DNA of 49,301 nt, taken from assembly GCA_021325135.1 (NCBI GenBank), contig JAJPHT010000032.1, positions 1 through 49,301 on the forward strand, given 5' to 3'. Origin of the DNA: Pseudomonadota bacterium. GTDB lineage: Archaea; Thermoplasmatota; SW-10-69-26; JACQPN01; JAJPHT01. Below the pieces are notes generated by a model. That model had not been told where the DNA came from. It made no database searches and worked only from the letters and a program-made list of their open reading frames with translations. Below, in pieces: positions 1 to 9,558 of this stretch; the first letter of the stretch is position 1; the number at the start of each line of letters is the position of its first letter. The position numbers were made by a program, and so were the translations under genes.

Positions 1-2
1 AG

Positions 3-554
3 CTCATCACCCACTGGACGCGCGAGGCGTTCAGCGAGGTGCTCGGCCGCGACCCCGAGGGCATGGGCATGGACATCCTCTACGACGTGTGCCACAACAT
101 CGCCAAGCTGGAGGAGCACGTCGTGGACGGCAAGCGCCGCAAGGTGTACGTCCACCGCAAGGGCGCCACGCGCAGCTTCGCCGCGGGCCACGCCGACGTG
201 CCCAGCGACTACCGCGGCGTCGGCCAGCCCGTCCTCGTCCCCGGCGACATGGGCACCGCCTCCTACGTGCTGGCCGGCACCGAGGGCGCGCATTCGGAGA
301 CCTTCGGCTCCTGCTGCCACGGCGCCGGGCGCGTGCTCTCCCGCACGAAGGCCGCCTCCATGTGGAAGGGGCAGGACGTGCTCAAGGGATTGGAGGAGCA
401 GGGCATCCTCGTCAAGGCCGCCTCTCCGCGCGTCGCCGCCGAGGAGGCGCCGGGCGCGTACAAGAACGTCAGCGACGTCGTGGATACGTGCCACGGCGCG
501 GGCATCGGGCGCAAGGTCGTGAGGCTGAGGCCGATCGGGTGCGTGAAGGGGTAA
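3..554 (+). CDS. rtcB: RtcB RNA ligase, C-terminal part (5' end outside window)
   Basis: YDVCHNIAKLEEH, VHRKGATR, PGDMG, SCCHGAGR and AAEEAPGAYK motifs; frame open from position 3. Confidence 0.95.
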   Translation, partial: LITHWTREAFSEVLGRDPEGMGMDILYDVCHNIAKLEEHVVDGKRRKVYVHRKGATRSFAAGHADVPSDYRGVGQPVLVPGDMGTASYVLAGTEGAHSETFGSCCHGAGRVLSRTKAASMWKGQDVLKGLEEQGILVKAASPRVAAEEAPGAYKNVSDVVDTCHGAGIGRKVVRLRPIGCVKG

Positions 555-654
555 TCGGGCTCGTTTCCTGTGGCGCTGCCGCGCTGGCCCTCGACACAAA
601 TTTCCTCCACAAACGAGAAGTCCGCCGGGAGAATCACCGCGTCGGGGGAAACCC

Positions 655-1206
655 ATGATCTCCAGGTTTGTTGTGCTCGTGATGCTGATGATCACCTTCG
701 CCCTTCCGGCCGTCGCCGCCCAGACGGTCGACGTCCTCAGCGGGACGCTCACCGTGACGGTGGAGGACGGGTGGGGAGGCACCGGCGGGTCGCACGTCTC
801 CAAGGACATCATCGTCTCCTCGACCGTCGCGCCCCAGGTGAACAACCACTACACCGTGATGTTCTTCCCAGGCTCCACTCCCGGCGACATCGCCCTTCTT
901 TGCGTCGGCTACAAGGCCACCGCGAACCTCGCGGAGTGCTACGTCTACTGCGGAGACTTCTTCGGCCCCGTCTACGCCGGCTCGACCCAGGTCACGCCCT
1001 ACGGAGTGTTCTGCTACCCCGTGACCGTGGGCGGCCCGGGCATTGTCAGCGTCCTGGGCCTCGGCGTGGGCATCGTCGCCCAAGGCGGCCAGACGTGCGT
1101 CCAGTACCAGAACCAGTGGGACGTCACGGCCGCGCCCCCGACGACGAACATCATCTGCGAGGGAAACGCCGCCGCGGCGCCTGCGCTGACGGCCGTCCTG
1201 CCTTGA
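655..1206 (+). CDS. Hypothetical secreted Cys-rich protein
   Basis: Signal-peptide-like N-terminus (AVAA-Q), 6 Cys, GC3-biased codons, ends ...AVLP. Confidence 0.75.
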   Translation: MISRFVVLVMLMITFALPAVAAQTVDVLSGTLTVTVEDGWGGTGGSHVSKDIIVSSTVAPQVNNHYTVMFFPGSTPGDIALLCVGYKATANLAECYVYCGDFFGPVYAGSTQVTPYGVFCYPVTVGGPGIVSVLGLGVGIVAQGGQTCVQYQNQWDVTAAPPTTNIICEGNAAAAPALTAVLP

Positions 1207-1257
1207 AGGGCCAGCCCGTGGTGGCGTCGTGATCGAGCGGCCGCCAGGCTGAACGCG

Positions 1258-1638
1258 CTACGCCACCGCTTCCGCCACCGTCTCCGCGAGCTTCCCCGCG
1301 CACGCCTCGACGAGGCGCATCGCCTCGGCGAGGTCCGCCCCCGCGTCCAGCACCGCGACGAGGGCGAGCCCCGCGCCCACGGAGACGGTCATGAGCCGCG
1401 CAGGGCCCCACTCGGCGACGACGCGCAGGGGCCGCTCGTCGGAGCCGGGCGCGAGGGCGGCCTCGGCGGCGCCGTGGAGGGAGAGCGCGCTGGCGGCGAG
1501 GACGTCCGCGTTGACGACGACGCTCATCTCGCCCAGAAGATAGGCGCCGTCCTCGCTGGCGAGGAGCGCGGCGCGGACGCCCGGGCGGGCGGCGAGGTCG
1601 TCAATGAGCGCGGCGAGGCGCGCGCCGGGCGTGGTCAA
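1258..1638 (-). CDS. Roadblock/LC7 (MglB-like) domain protein
   Basis: PGVRAALLASEDG ... LMTVSVGAGLALVAVLD pattern; TTG start overlaps the upstream TGA (TTGA at 1638-1635). Confidence 0.85.
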   Translation of the reverse strand: MTTPGARLAALIDDLAARPGVRAALLASEDGAYLLGEMSVVVNADVLAASALSLHGAAEAALAPGSDERPLRVVAEWGPARLMTVSVGAGLALVAVLDAGADLAEAMRLVEACAGKLAETVAEAVA

Positions 1639-2381
1639 CGGGGGGCGTTCGCGCGGCCCGGTCCTTGAACTTCTCGGTCCGCGCGATCCCGCGGGCGCAG
1701 GACGTCCAGGGCGCCCGCGACGGCCACCAGCGCCAGCAGCTTCTCGGCGAGGGGCCACCAGAACCACGAGGCGTTCAGCCAGCCGAGGCTCAGGCCCCCC
1801 AGGAAGACCACCAGCGCGACGCCCAGGCGCACGATCCTCCGCCTTGCGCGCGCGTCGGAGGCGACGCGGGCCAGCGCCAGGAAGGCGAGGGCGGCGGCGA
1901 GGGCGGGCAGCATGGCAAGGATGGGCGCCCACGTGCCCAGCGCGCCGTCGGAGCGGGCGTACACGAGGCCGCCGCGCCACGCCTGGACCTCCTGGCCCAC
2001 GGGCTGCGCGCGGTCGTAGCTGTACAGGAGCGCGGCGAGGGCCGCCGCGTAGTAGGCGCCCGCCAGCGCGCGCACGTCGCGCCCCGTGTAGAGGCGGAGA
2101 AGATAGCAGACGAGGCCGAAGAAGCCGAGGCACGCGAGGAGCACCTTCACGTGGAGGATCGTGACGCCCGCCTCGACGGGGAGCGGCAGCGCGGCGATGG
2201 CCAGGGACCAGAGCGCCTCCAGGAGGCCGTAGACGCCGAAGGCGCACCAGAAGAGCGCGAAGAGGGCGGTCCACGCGTCGGGGCCCGCGATGGCGCGCCG
2301 CGCGTAGTGGAGTCCCACCGCCAGGTAGCCAAGGCAGATGGCGCATTCCAGCGCGCTCAGGAGCGCGAGGGTCCAGGGCAC
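1635..2381 (-). CDS. Standalone 7-TM membrane protein
   Basis: Seven hydrophobic segments with a polar loop between TM4 and TM5; no soluble domain. Confidence 0.75.
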   Translation of the reverse strand: MPWTLALLSALECAICLGYLAVGLHYARRAIAGPDAWTALFALFWCAFGVYGLLEALWSLAIAALPLPVEAGVTILHVKVLLACLGFFGLVCYLLRLYTGRDVRALAGAYYAAALAALLYSYDRAQPVGQEVQAWRGGLVYARSDGALGTWAPILAMLPALAAALAFLALARVASDARARRRIVRLGVALVVFLGGLSLGWLNASWFWWPLAEKLLALVAVAGALDVLRPRDRADREVQGPGRANAPR

Positions 2382-2444
2382 GGCAGAGGCCGCTCGGAGC
2401 GCCCCCTATTTCTCCTCCTCGATCGGCCGGAGAGAGCGGATCGT

Positions 2445-3233
2445 CTAGGAGAACAGGCCGTTGGAGAGCCACTGCCCCCCGTCGATGGTGAGGCAGTCGC
2501 CGGTGACGTAGGACGCGGCGGGGCTGGCGAGGTAGAGGACCGCGAGGGCCATCTCCTCGGGCGTGCCGAAGCGCCTCAGCGGCACGGAGTCCTCGATCTT
2601 CTGCTGGAGGGCGGGGTCCGCGAAGAGGTTCTTCGTCGCGCCCTCGGACTTCACGGGGCCGGGCGCCACGGCGTTGAGCCGGATGCCGAACTGCGCCCAT
2701 TCGACGGCCAGCGAGCGCGTGAGGTTCAGGACGCCCGCCTTCGCGGCGCCGGAGTGCGAGACGTAGGGCGCGGCGCCCCAGGCGTAGGTGGCCACCATGT
2801 TGGTGACGGTGCCGCCCTGGCGCGAGAGGAGCGGGAACGCGGCGCGCGTGGCGTTGAACGTGCCGTTGAGGACGATGTTGACCACGGTCGACCACGCGTT
2901 GCGGCTCATGGTCTCGAAGGGCACGACGAAGTTCCCCGCCGCGCTGTTGACCAGGTGGTCCAGGCGCGGGAGCTTGGCGAACGCGGCCTCCACCTGGTCG
3001 GGCTCGCGCACGTCGCACCTGTGCCACGCGACCTTGCGCCCCGTCTCCTTCTCGATGGACGCGGCCGCGTCCGCGAGGTGCTCCTCGTTGCGGCTGAGGA
3101 TGTGCACGTCCGCGCCGTGGGCGGCGAAGGCGTGCGCGATGCTGCGCCCCATGCCGGTGGCTCCGCCCGTGACCAGCGCCACCTGGCCCTCGAAGAGGTC
3201 GTCGCGGAACGGCGTGCCGGGGAAGCGGGGCAT
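2445..3233 (-). CDS. SDR oxidoreductase, 2,4-dienoyl-CoA reductase-like
   Basis: TGGATGMG, NSAAGNF, HSGAAKAG, IDGGQWL. Confidence 0.9.
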   Translation of the reverse strand: MPRFPGTPFRDDLFEGQVALVTGGATGMGRSIAHAFAAHGADVHILSRNEEHLADAAASIEKETGRKVAWHRCDVREPDQVEAAFAKLPRLDHLVNSAAGNFVVPFETMSRNAWSTVVNIVLNGTFNATRAAFPLLSRQGGTVTNMVATYAWGAAPYVSHSGAAKAGVLNLTRSLAVEWAQFGIRLNAVAPGPVKSEGATKNLFADPALQQKIEDSVPLRRFGTPEEMALAVLYLASPAASYVTGDCLTIDGGQWLSNGLFS

Positions 3234-3272
3234 GCCGCTCCCAGCGGGGTCGCGGCGGATCAGCGTTTTCCC

Positions 3273-3509
3273 TCACCCGAAGAAGAAGTCGTCCAGCAAG
3301 CCGTCCTCGTCGGGGCCTTCCACGAGGAGGACGCGCGGCTCACCGCGGCGGGGCGGGATCTCACGCCAGCCGCGCTTGTCGAGGCGCATCTGCGTCTTCA
3401 TGTCGACGACGAGGAGCTGCCCTCGGGCGGCGGCGTCGTGGTGGCTGTCGGTGAGCCAGCGCGTGCGGCGCACGTCGCCGCTGCGGGTCCAGACGAGGAG
3501 GTAGGCCAT
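3273..3509 (-). CDS. Small hypothetical protein
   Basis: ATG start, co-oriented in the minus-strand gene run, protein-like composition. Confidence 0.55.
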   Translation of the reverse strand: MAYLLVWTRSGDVRRTRWLTDSHHDAAARGQLLVVDMKTQMRLDKRGWREIPPRRGEPRVLLVEGPDEDGLLDDFFFG

Positions 3510-3552
3510 GGCTCCCCGGAGCGCGTTCCCAGGCTTGGCTCTTCTCCGGGAA

Positions 3553-4515
3553 TCACCCCACGAGACGCCCCGTGTAGGCCAGGAGGAAAGCGCCCAGGTT
3601 GCCGAAGAAGGCCAGCGTCACGATGGAGCCGCCCAGGAACATGCGCGGGGGCTCGTCGCGCGAGACGAGGAGCCCATAGGCCAGGGCCTCGACGACGAAG
3701 AAGGGCGCCTGGAAGGCGAGGAACGCGGGCGTCACGTAGCGGCCCATGAGGGCGAGGCCCGCCATGGCGAGGTTCGCCGCGATGAGCGCCTCGTAGCCCA
3801 GCAGCCACGACGCGCGCAGGCCGAGGCTCACGGCGGTCGTGCGCAGGCCCGAGCGCCGGTCGGTCTCCTGGTCCATCATCACGGTGGGGATGTAGCCCGC
3901 GGCGATGGCGAGCATGACGATGAGGAGGGCGCCCAGGGGAAGGGGCTGCGACCAGCCGCCACCCAGGCTCCAGCCCGCCAGCGTCGTGACGCCGCCGTAG
4001 CCCACGGCGTTGATGAGCACGTCACCCAATGGCCGCGCCTTGAGGCGCACCGGGGGCGCGGAGTAGAGGAACGACATGACGAGGCCCACCGCGAGGAGAA
4101 GCCCGAAGAGGGGGCTCAGGAGGAAGCCGGAGACGAGCGTCGCGGCCGTGAGGGCGATCATCCAGAAGCGGGCGCGCGCCGCCGTCGCGGTGCCCAGCAC
4201 CAGGGGCGACTGGGCCTTCTTGGGATTGAAGACGTCCACCTGGCGGTCGTGGTAGTCGTTGGTCACCATGATGGAGCCCCCGAGGAAGGGGCCCAGCGTG
4301 ACGAGCGCAAGGAGAGCGCGCCAGTGGTCGGAGGCCCACGCGGCGGCGTCGGCGGGCGCGGGGACGTGGCCCAACGGGAGGGGCCCCGGGGCGATCTGCC
4401 GCGTGGCCAGCGCCCAGCCCACCCACGCGGGGAAGACGGAGACGACCCAGAACTCGGGGCGGAAGAAGCGGACCCACCCCAGGAGCGCGGCCGAAGCCTC
4501 CCTCCAGGTCCCCAT
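3553..4515 (-). CDS. UbiA-family prenyltransferase
   Basis: NDYHDRQVD, YSAPPVRLK and DQETDRRSG motifs; multiple TMs; start MGTWREA. Confidence 0.9.
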   Translation of the reverse strand: MGTWREASAALLGWVRFFRPEFWVVSVFPAWVGWALATRQIAPGPLPLGHVPAPADAAAWASDHWRALLALVTLGPFLGGSIMVTNDYHDRQVDVFNPKKAQSPLVLGTATAARARFWMIALTAATLVSGFLLSPLFGLLLAVGLVMSFLYSAPPVRLKARPLGDVLINAVGYGGVTTLAGWSLGGGWSQPLPLGALLIVMLAIAAGYIPTVMMDQETDRRSGLRTTAVSLGLRASWLLGYEALIAANLAMAGLALMGRYVTPAFLAFQAPFFVVEALAYGLLVSRDEPPRMFLGGSIVTLAFFGNLGAFLLAYTGRLVG

Positions 4516-4555
4516 GCCCGCAGGGACGGAGCGGCGGCTCTTGGCGTCTTCGCTC

Positions 4556-5227
4556 TTACTCCACGGCTTCGAGGCCCGCGTCCTCGCGCAGCGTGGTGGC
4601 GCGGTCGGGGCCCAGGCGCGTCCAGCGCTCCAGGAACGCCTCCACGGGGCCGCGCAGGCTGGGGCCGAAGCGCTCGTTGCCCACGACGCGCTGGTCGCCG
4701 AAGACGAAGGTGGGCACGCGCTGGACGCCCAGGCGCGTCGCGGCCGCGTCGATCTGCGCGAGGCGGTAGGCGTAGGAGGGGTGCGCGAGGTCCGCCGCGG
4801 GGACGCCGGCCTCGCGCAGGAGCCGCGCAACGACGGCGGGGTCGCTGAGGTCGCCCCCCTTCTCCCAGAGGAGCGCGAAGGCCGCCTCGTGATAGCTCGC
4901 GAACGCGTCGGGGCCCGCGTCCTGCGCCGCCAGCGCGCCGCAGAGGGCCAGGTGGCTGTTGGCGTGGAGGGGCGGGTTCGTGGGCGCGAGGCCCAGCTCG
5001 GCCGCCAGCTCGCCCACCCAGCCCGCGACCGGCTGGCCCCCCTTGCCGTCCTGGCGCGGCTCGCCCCGGGGCGCGCGCTCGGGGTGGATCTCCCAGGGGA
5101 GCCAGACGACCTGGAGGGCGTGCTCCTGGGCAAGGCGCCTCGCGCGGTGGAGGCCCACGTAGGCGTAGGGGCAGGTGTAATCGAAGAAGACGTGCAGCGT
5201 CGGACGCTCGGCGCTCTCGTCGGTCAT
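4556..5227 (-). CDS. DsbA/FrnE-family thioredoxin-fold protein (single Cys, CPYA)
   Basis: FFDYTCPYAY, WEIHPE, GVQRVPTF. Confidence 0.85.
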   Translation of the reverse strand: MTDESAERPTLHVFFDYTCPYAYVGLHRARRLAQEHALQVVWLPWEIHPERAPRGEPRQDGKGGQPVAGWVGELAAELGLAPTNPPLHANSHLALCGALAAQDAGPDAFASYHEAAFALLWEKGGDLSDPAVVARLLREAGVPAADLAHPSYAYRLAQIDAAATRLGVQRVPTFVFGDQRVVGNERFGPSLRGPVEAFLERWTRLGPDRATTLREDAGLEAVE

Positions 5228-5279
5228 CGCCGGGCGATGCGCCGCTCCCGCACATCCGCGTTTCGGCACCCGGAGGTGA

Positions 5280-6788
5280 CTAGGAGCGGTGGACGTGCGC
5301 CGCCGCGATGACGGTGATGCCCGGCGTCGCGTCGGGGAACCCGGCCCACACGTCGGGGCCCACGGCGTCGGCGCCGATGTAGTCGCCGATGAAGGGGAAC
5401 CCCTCCTGGTGCTTGCCCAGGTCGCCGTCCCAGGACCTCGTGGTGACGCGCTCGTTGGCCCAGGTGAAGCCGCCGTCGAAGCTCACCGCGTGGGTGATAT
5501 CAATGAGCTTGTGCGCGGGGTCGTAGCGCTTGTCGAAGAAGAACGCGTGGAGGCTGCCGTCCTCCGCCACGGCGAAGTTGGCGATGAACTGGTGCGTGCC
5601 CGCGTCGTCGTCGTTCACGCGCGCGGGGTCGCTCCACGTCTTGCCCAGGTCGCGGCTCGCGCGCATCCAGACGTCCGCCTCGTCGCGCGTGCTGTCCGCG
5701 TAGAGGCAGTAGAGGGTGCCCTTGCGCGTGGAGTTGGCGTTGAGGTCGAACCTGCACTCGAAGTTCGTGCCCGTGCGGTACTGGCTCTCGTCGAACTTGG
5801 CGGCGATGGGCTTCTTGGTGAAGACGGGCGCGGGGTCGCTGAAGGTCTTGCCATCGTCGGTGGACTCGCTGCGCCAGACCTTGTCGCCCTGGTCGCCCAG
5901 CACGACGATGGTCCCGTCGGGCGCCGCGGCGATGGCTTGGCATCCGACGCCGGGGGGCTGCTGCTGGCTCGCGATCTCCACGGGCGGGTCCGCGGTCTTG
6001 CCCCCGTCGCGGCTCACGATGACGCTGCACGTGTCCACGAGGGTCTGCGGGAGGATCTGCGCGCCGAAGCCGTTGAACGTGTTGATGGCGACGAGGATGG
6101 CCCCGCTCTTGGGGCTCACGACCATGCGGCTGTAGTCGTTGAGCACGCCCACGCCGTCCCCCTTGAGGAGGTCCACCACCTGCGAGTCGGGGAACGTGTC
6201 TCCCCCGTCGGTGCTGGTGGCCATGACGAGGTCCCAGCCGGGCTGGAAGATGCCGCGCCCGTTGGTGGGCGAGGAGCCCAGGGGCCCCGCGCCGTCCTGC
6301 CCGCCGAGGTTGTACATCTCGACGACGTAGTGCAGGTTGCCCTCCTTGGTGAACGCGAACATGGGGTCGGTGTTGCACGCGTAGCCGAAGAAGGGGCTGC
6401 CGGGCTGGCGGTCCGCGTACTTGCCGCCCACGACGACGTCTTTCCACGTCCTGCCCGCGTCGTGCGTGACCGCGACGCCGTTCCAGACGCAGCTCTTCGA
6501 CGACTCGGGGTTGAGGTCCTTCGCCGCGACGACCACGTTGGCGGGGTTGGCGGGGTTCACCGCGAGCCAGACCTCCTGCTTGTGGCCCGGCGTGTGGCTC
6601 CCGCGCGCGACGCACTCCTGCGGCCACGAGCCGTTGCTCAGCGCGCGCTCGGGCGCGCCCAGCCCGCAGTCCAGGCTCCAGCCTCCGATGGCCGGGGGCG
6701 CGGCGGTGGCGGGCGCGCCGGGGCTCGTCGCGCCAAGGCAGCCCGCGGCCAGGAGCGCGAGGAGGAGCGCGAGCGGCAGGGATCGCAT
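5280..6788 (-). CDS. BNR/Asp-box (sialidase-like) beta-propeller lipoprotein
   Basis: Lipobox LAAGC; repeated Asp-boxes (THDAGRTW, STDGGDTF, SRDGGKT, STDDGKTF, SRDLGKTW, SFDGGFTW); FIGDY. Confidence 0.85.
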   Translation of the reverse strand: MRSLPLALLLALLAAGCLGATSPGAPATAAPPAIGGWSLDCGLGAPERALSNGSWPQECVARGSHTPGHKQEVWLAVNPANPANVVVAAKDLNPESSKSCVWNGVAVTHDAGRTWKDVVVGGKYADRQPGSPFFGYACNTDPMFAFTKEGNLHYVVEMYNLGGQDGAGPLGSSPTNGRGIFQPGWDLVMATSTDGGDTFPDSQVVDLLKGDGVGVLNDYSRMVVSPKSGAILVAINTFNGFGAQILPQTLVDTCSVIVSRDGGKTADPPVEIASQQQPPGVGCQAIAAAPDGTIVVLGDQGDKVWRSESTDDGKTFSDPAPVFTKKPIAAKFDESQYRTGTNFECRFDLNANSTRKGTLYCLYADSTRDEADVWMRASRDLGKTWSDPARVNDDDAGTHQFIANFAVAEDGSLHAFFFDKRYDPAHKLIDITHAVSFDGGFTWANERVTTRSWDGDLGKHQEGFPFIGDYIGADAVGPDVWAGFPDATPGITVIAAAHVHRS

Positions 6789-6839
6789 GGCGCGGCGAGC
6801 GGCCGGCCGGCTTCTAAGCGTTGCGCCCGCGGCGGCCTG

Positions 6840-7268
6840 CTAGAGGCACGCCCACGTGCCGCCCACGTCCTGCCCGCCGCGGAAGAGGATCAGGTTGCCC
6901 GCGGCGTGGGGCATCTCCAGCGCGTCCCCTGCGTCCAGCGCGTCGTCCGGGGGAACGAGGCCGGCCCGGACCACGAGAGGGCCTTCGCCCAGGGGCGTCT
7001 GGTGGGGCGCGGGCTCCGCGCCGTCCGGGTCGCGGCCGGGCTCGTAGGGCTGGAAGGCGTAGGCCAGGTCCGCCACGCGCCAGGGGCCCTGCGTCTGGTT
7101 GACTCGGGTGACGCGGAAGAGCGTGCCGTCCCCCGCCGCCTCGGCGCTGAGGGCCACGGCGGGACCGCACCCGGGCGGAGGGCTCACAAGGGACTCCGTG
7201 GCCGGGGGCGAGGGCCTCAGGCAGCCGGCAAGCGCAAGGAGGACCAGCATGAGCGCCAGGGCGCGCAT
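6840..7268 (-). CDS. Hypothetical lipoprotein
   Basis: MRALALMLVLLALAGC lipobox. Confidence 0.7.
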   Translation of the reverse strand: MRALALMLVLLALAGCLRPSPPATESLVSPPPGCGPAVALSAEAAGDGTLFRVTRVNQTQGPWRVADLAYAFQPYEPGRDPDGAEPAPHQTPLGEGPLVVRAGLVPPDDALDAGDALEMPHAAGNLILFRGGQDVGGTWACL

Positions 7269-7347
7269 GAGAAGACGGTGCTCCTCCTCCACGCTTGGCC
7301 CTTGCGCCGCGGGGAAGCCTCAAGCCGCGGACGCGTCTTGGCCGCGC

Positions 7348-7488
7348 GTGGACGCGCTGGCGCTGGACTGGGGCGACGTGGTGCACGGCACCGCGGGCGC
7401 GCCGTGGGTCTGGTGGGCCGCGAGCCTCGTCGTGATCCTCGCGATCCTCCTGGGCGCCATGAAGCTCCTGGGCCTCTTCCCGGATTAG
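7348..7488 (+). CDS. Small single-TM protein
   Basis: Hydrophobic WVWWAASLVVILAILLGAMKLLGLF segment; start uncertain. Confidence 0.45.
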   Translation: MDALALDWGDVVHGTAGAPWVWWAASLVVILAILLGAMKLLGLFPD

Positions 7489-7528
7489 TTCGAGAAAGTT
7501 CTCCCGCCGCTCGCCGCGTCGCCGGGCG

Positions 7529-7906
7529 ATGACCGTCTACAAGATGATCGAGTGCGTGGGCACGTCGGGCACGAGCGTCAGCGACGCCATCCGCGCGGCG
7601 CTCCAGCAGGTGGGCGCGCAGGTGCAGGGCGAGAAGGGCGAGGACACCGTCTACGGCCCGCTGCGCTGGTTCGAGGTGAAGGAGATCCGCGGCGCGGTGG
7701 AGGGCGTCGAGCCCACCGAGTTCCAGGTGAAGGTCGTCGTCGCCAGCGAGATGCGGGTGACGCACCAGGCGAACGGGGCGAAGGGCGGCACGCGCTCGGC
7801 CCGCAGCCAGGCGGCCCAGGTGGCGGCCAAGGGCGGCGAGCGGAAGCGCTCCGACCTCGCGCGCGGCTTCGAGCGCCAGCCGGGCCGCTCCCGCGGCCGG
7901 GCCTGA
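7529..7906 (+). CDS. Dodecin-family protein with basic C-terminal tail
   Basis: VYKMIECVGTS..SVSDAI, LRWFEVKEIRG, FQVKV; about 50-aa extension with two KGG motifs. Confidence 0.85.
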   Translation: MTVYKMIECVGTSGTSVSDAIRAALQQVGAQVQGEKGEDTVYGPLRWFEVKEIRGAVEGVEPTEFQVKVVVASEMRVTHQANGAKGGTRSARSQAAQVAAKGGERKRSDLARGFERQPGRSRGRA

Positions 7907-7909
7907 AGC

Positions 7910-8755
7910 CTACAGAAGCGCGTGGAGCGAGCCGGTGAGCCCGCGGGGCAGCGCGTCCTCCACCGGCGCGAGCCCCACCAGGTGGCCCGCCACGACGAGG
8001 TAGTCGCCGCTGCCCATCCACGGGTCGTAGACCAGCTCGTCGTAGCCCGAGGTGACGTTGGTGAACGCCAGGGAGACGTCGGCGTGGCTCCCCGCCGCGG
8101 CGACGGTGCCGTTGACGGTGGCGTTCTCCTCGTGGCCGTCCGCGTAGCGCGCCGTGGCGTTGGGCGCCCAGCTGACGTAGCCGTGCGCGGTGCCGTTGGA
8201 GTCGCGGAAGCCCACGCCGTCGCCGGCCGGCTCCACGCTCCAGCCCGAGGCGTCCAGCGCGAAGCCGAAGTCCAGCGTGTGGTTCTCTCCGGGGGCCCAG
8301 GGCCAGCGGGCGACGTCCAGGTCGAACTTGCCGCCGTGGCTGCTGGTGTCGAAATGGAACGTGAAGCCCACCGTGGCCTCGCCTGCGCGCCCTTCCAGCG
8401 AGTCCGTGACGAGGAGGCTCATGTTGACGAACCCGCCCTCGGTCGTGACGGCGCAGGAGGAGGTCTGCGGGAAGGCGCGCTCAAGGTTCATGGTGGCGAC
8501 CACGTTGCCCTCCGCGTCGCGCTCCTCGATGGCGCGCGCCTGGTACTGGTAGCGCGAGCCGCCGGCGTCGTCGCTCCCGTTGGCGTCGAAGACCTTGAAG
8601 AGGTCCTTCTTGCCCTGGAACCAGACGCGCACGTCGCCGTTCTGGAAGACGACGCCCGGCTTGCACGACGTGGGCTGGTCCGCCTTGAGGGCTGGCGTGA
8701 ACGTGACGAGGAGCAGCGCAAGGAGGACGGGGACGACGCGCGACGTGGGCCTCAC
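7910..8755 (-). CDS. Secreted beta-sandwich protein of unknown function
   Basis: GTG start overlapping the upstream stop; signal peptide VVPVLLALLLVTFTPALKA; many NxT/S sequons. Confidence 0.75.
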   Translation of the reverse strand: MRPTSRVVPVLLALLLVTFTPALKADQPTSCKPGVVFQNGDVRVWFQGKKDLFKVFDANGSDDAGGSRYQYQARAIEERDAEGNVVATMNLERAFPQTSSCAVTTEGGFVNMSLLVTDSLEGRAGEATVGFTFHFDTSSHGGKFDLDVARWPWAPGENHTLDFGFALDASGWSVEPAGDGVGFRDSNGTAHGYVSWAPNATARYADGHEENATVNGTVAAAGSHADVSLAFTNVTSGYDELVYDPWMGSGDYLVVAGHLVGLAPVEDALPRGLTGSLHALL

Positions 8756-9461
8756 CCGGACGCGCGACGCCGCGGGGCGTCTTGATCCTTCCCGCGAGGC
8801 CGGCTTCGGGTTCTCTCCAGCTCGCGCAGCGCGTCGGCGGCGATCCAGCGCGCGCTGGGCGTCCCCTGCGCGCGGACGCGCTTCGCGCAGAGGATGGCCG
8901 CGCGGCGCAGGCGCGCGTTGCGCTTCCCCACCTGCCGCAGCGCCCAGTTGACGCCCTTCTTGACGTAGTTGCGCGCGTCGCCCGCCTCGCGCTCGACCAG
9001 GGGCAGGAACGCGAGGAACGCCGCGTCCTCCGCCTCCTTGTCGTGGACCGCCAGCATCGCCATGAGCGCGAAGCCGGCGCGCTTCTGGAACTCCCCCTCG
9101 CGGCCCGCCCACTCGGCGGCCTTCGCGTAGGCCCACGGCGCGCGGTCGAAGAGGTTGCCCGCGAACGCGTCGGTCACGGCCCAGCTGTCGAGGCCCTTGA
9201 GATATCGTTCCGCGTCCTCCTCCGTGAGGCGCTCGGGCTCGTCCAGCAGCGCGGCGAGGATCTTCGTCTCAGCGCGCCGTGGCGCCAGAGCCTTCGCGCG
9301 AGGGCGCGGTCGCGGCCGCCGGCCTGCCTCGCGATCTGCCGCAGCCGCGTCACGGAGACGCCGTAGGCGCGGCGGCTCACGATCCCGAAGCGGGCCATGC
9401 CCTCGACGTTGCGCGCGCTCGCCTCCCTCTTCAGCGTCGCGACGATCTCGTCGGCGTCCAT
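8752..9461 (-). pseudogene. AlkD-like DNA alkylation repair protein, frameshifted (one base missing near 9270)
   Basis: MDADEIV...MARFGI...YGVSV...LWRHGA continues in another frame as ETKILAALLDEP...DSWAVTD...RNYVKKGVNWALRQVGKRN. Confidence 0.8.
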
Positions 9462-9558
9462 GCCCAAGGAGGCACCCGCGCGCCGCCGCATAAGCGCCGT
9501 TGTGGCTCGTGTTCGAGAATCGGCAAGCCGCGTCGCGCCGGCGGGCGGCCCGGTAACC

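Noticed and set aside
1635-2381. Rhodopsin (Lys in TM7, AEKLL)
   Set aside because: No DxxxK/SxxxK context and no RYxDW-type helix C motif.
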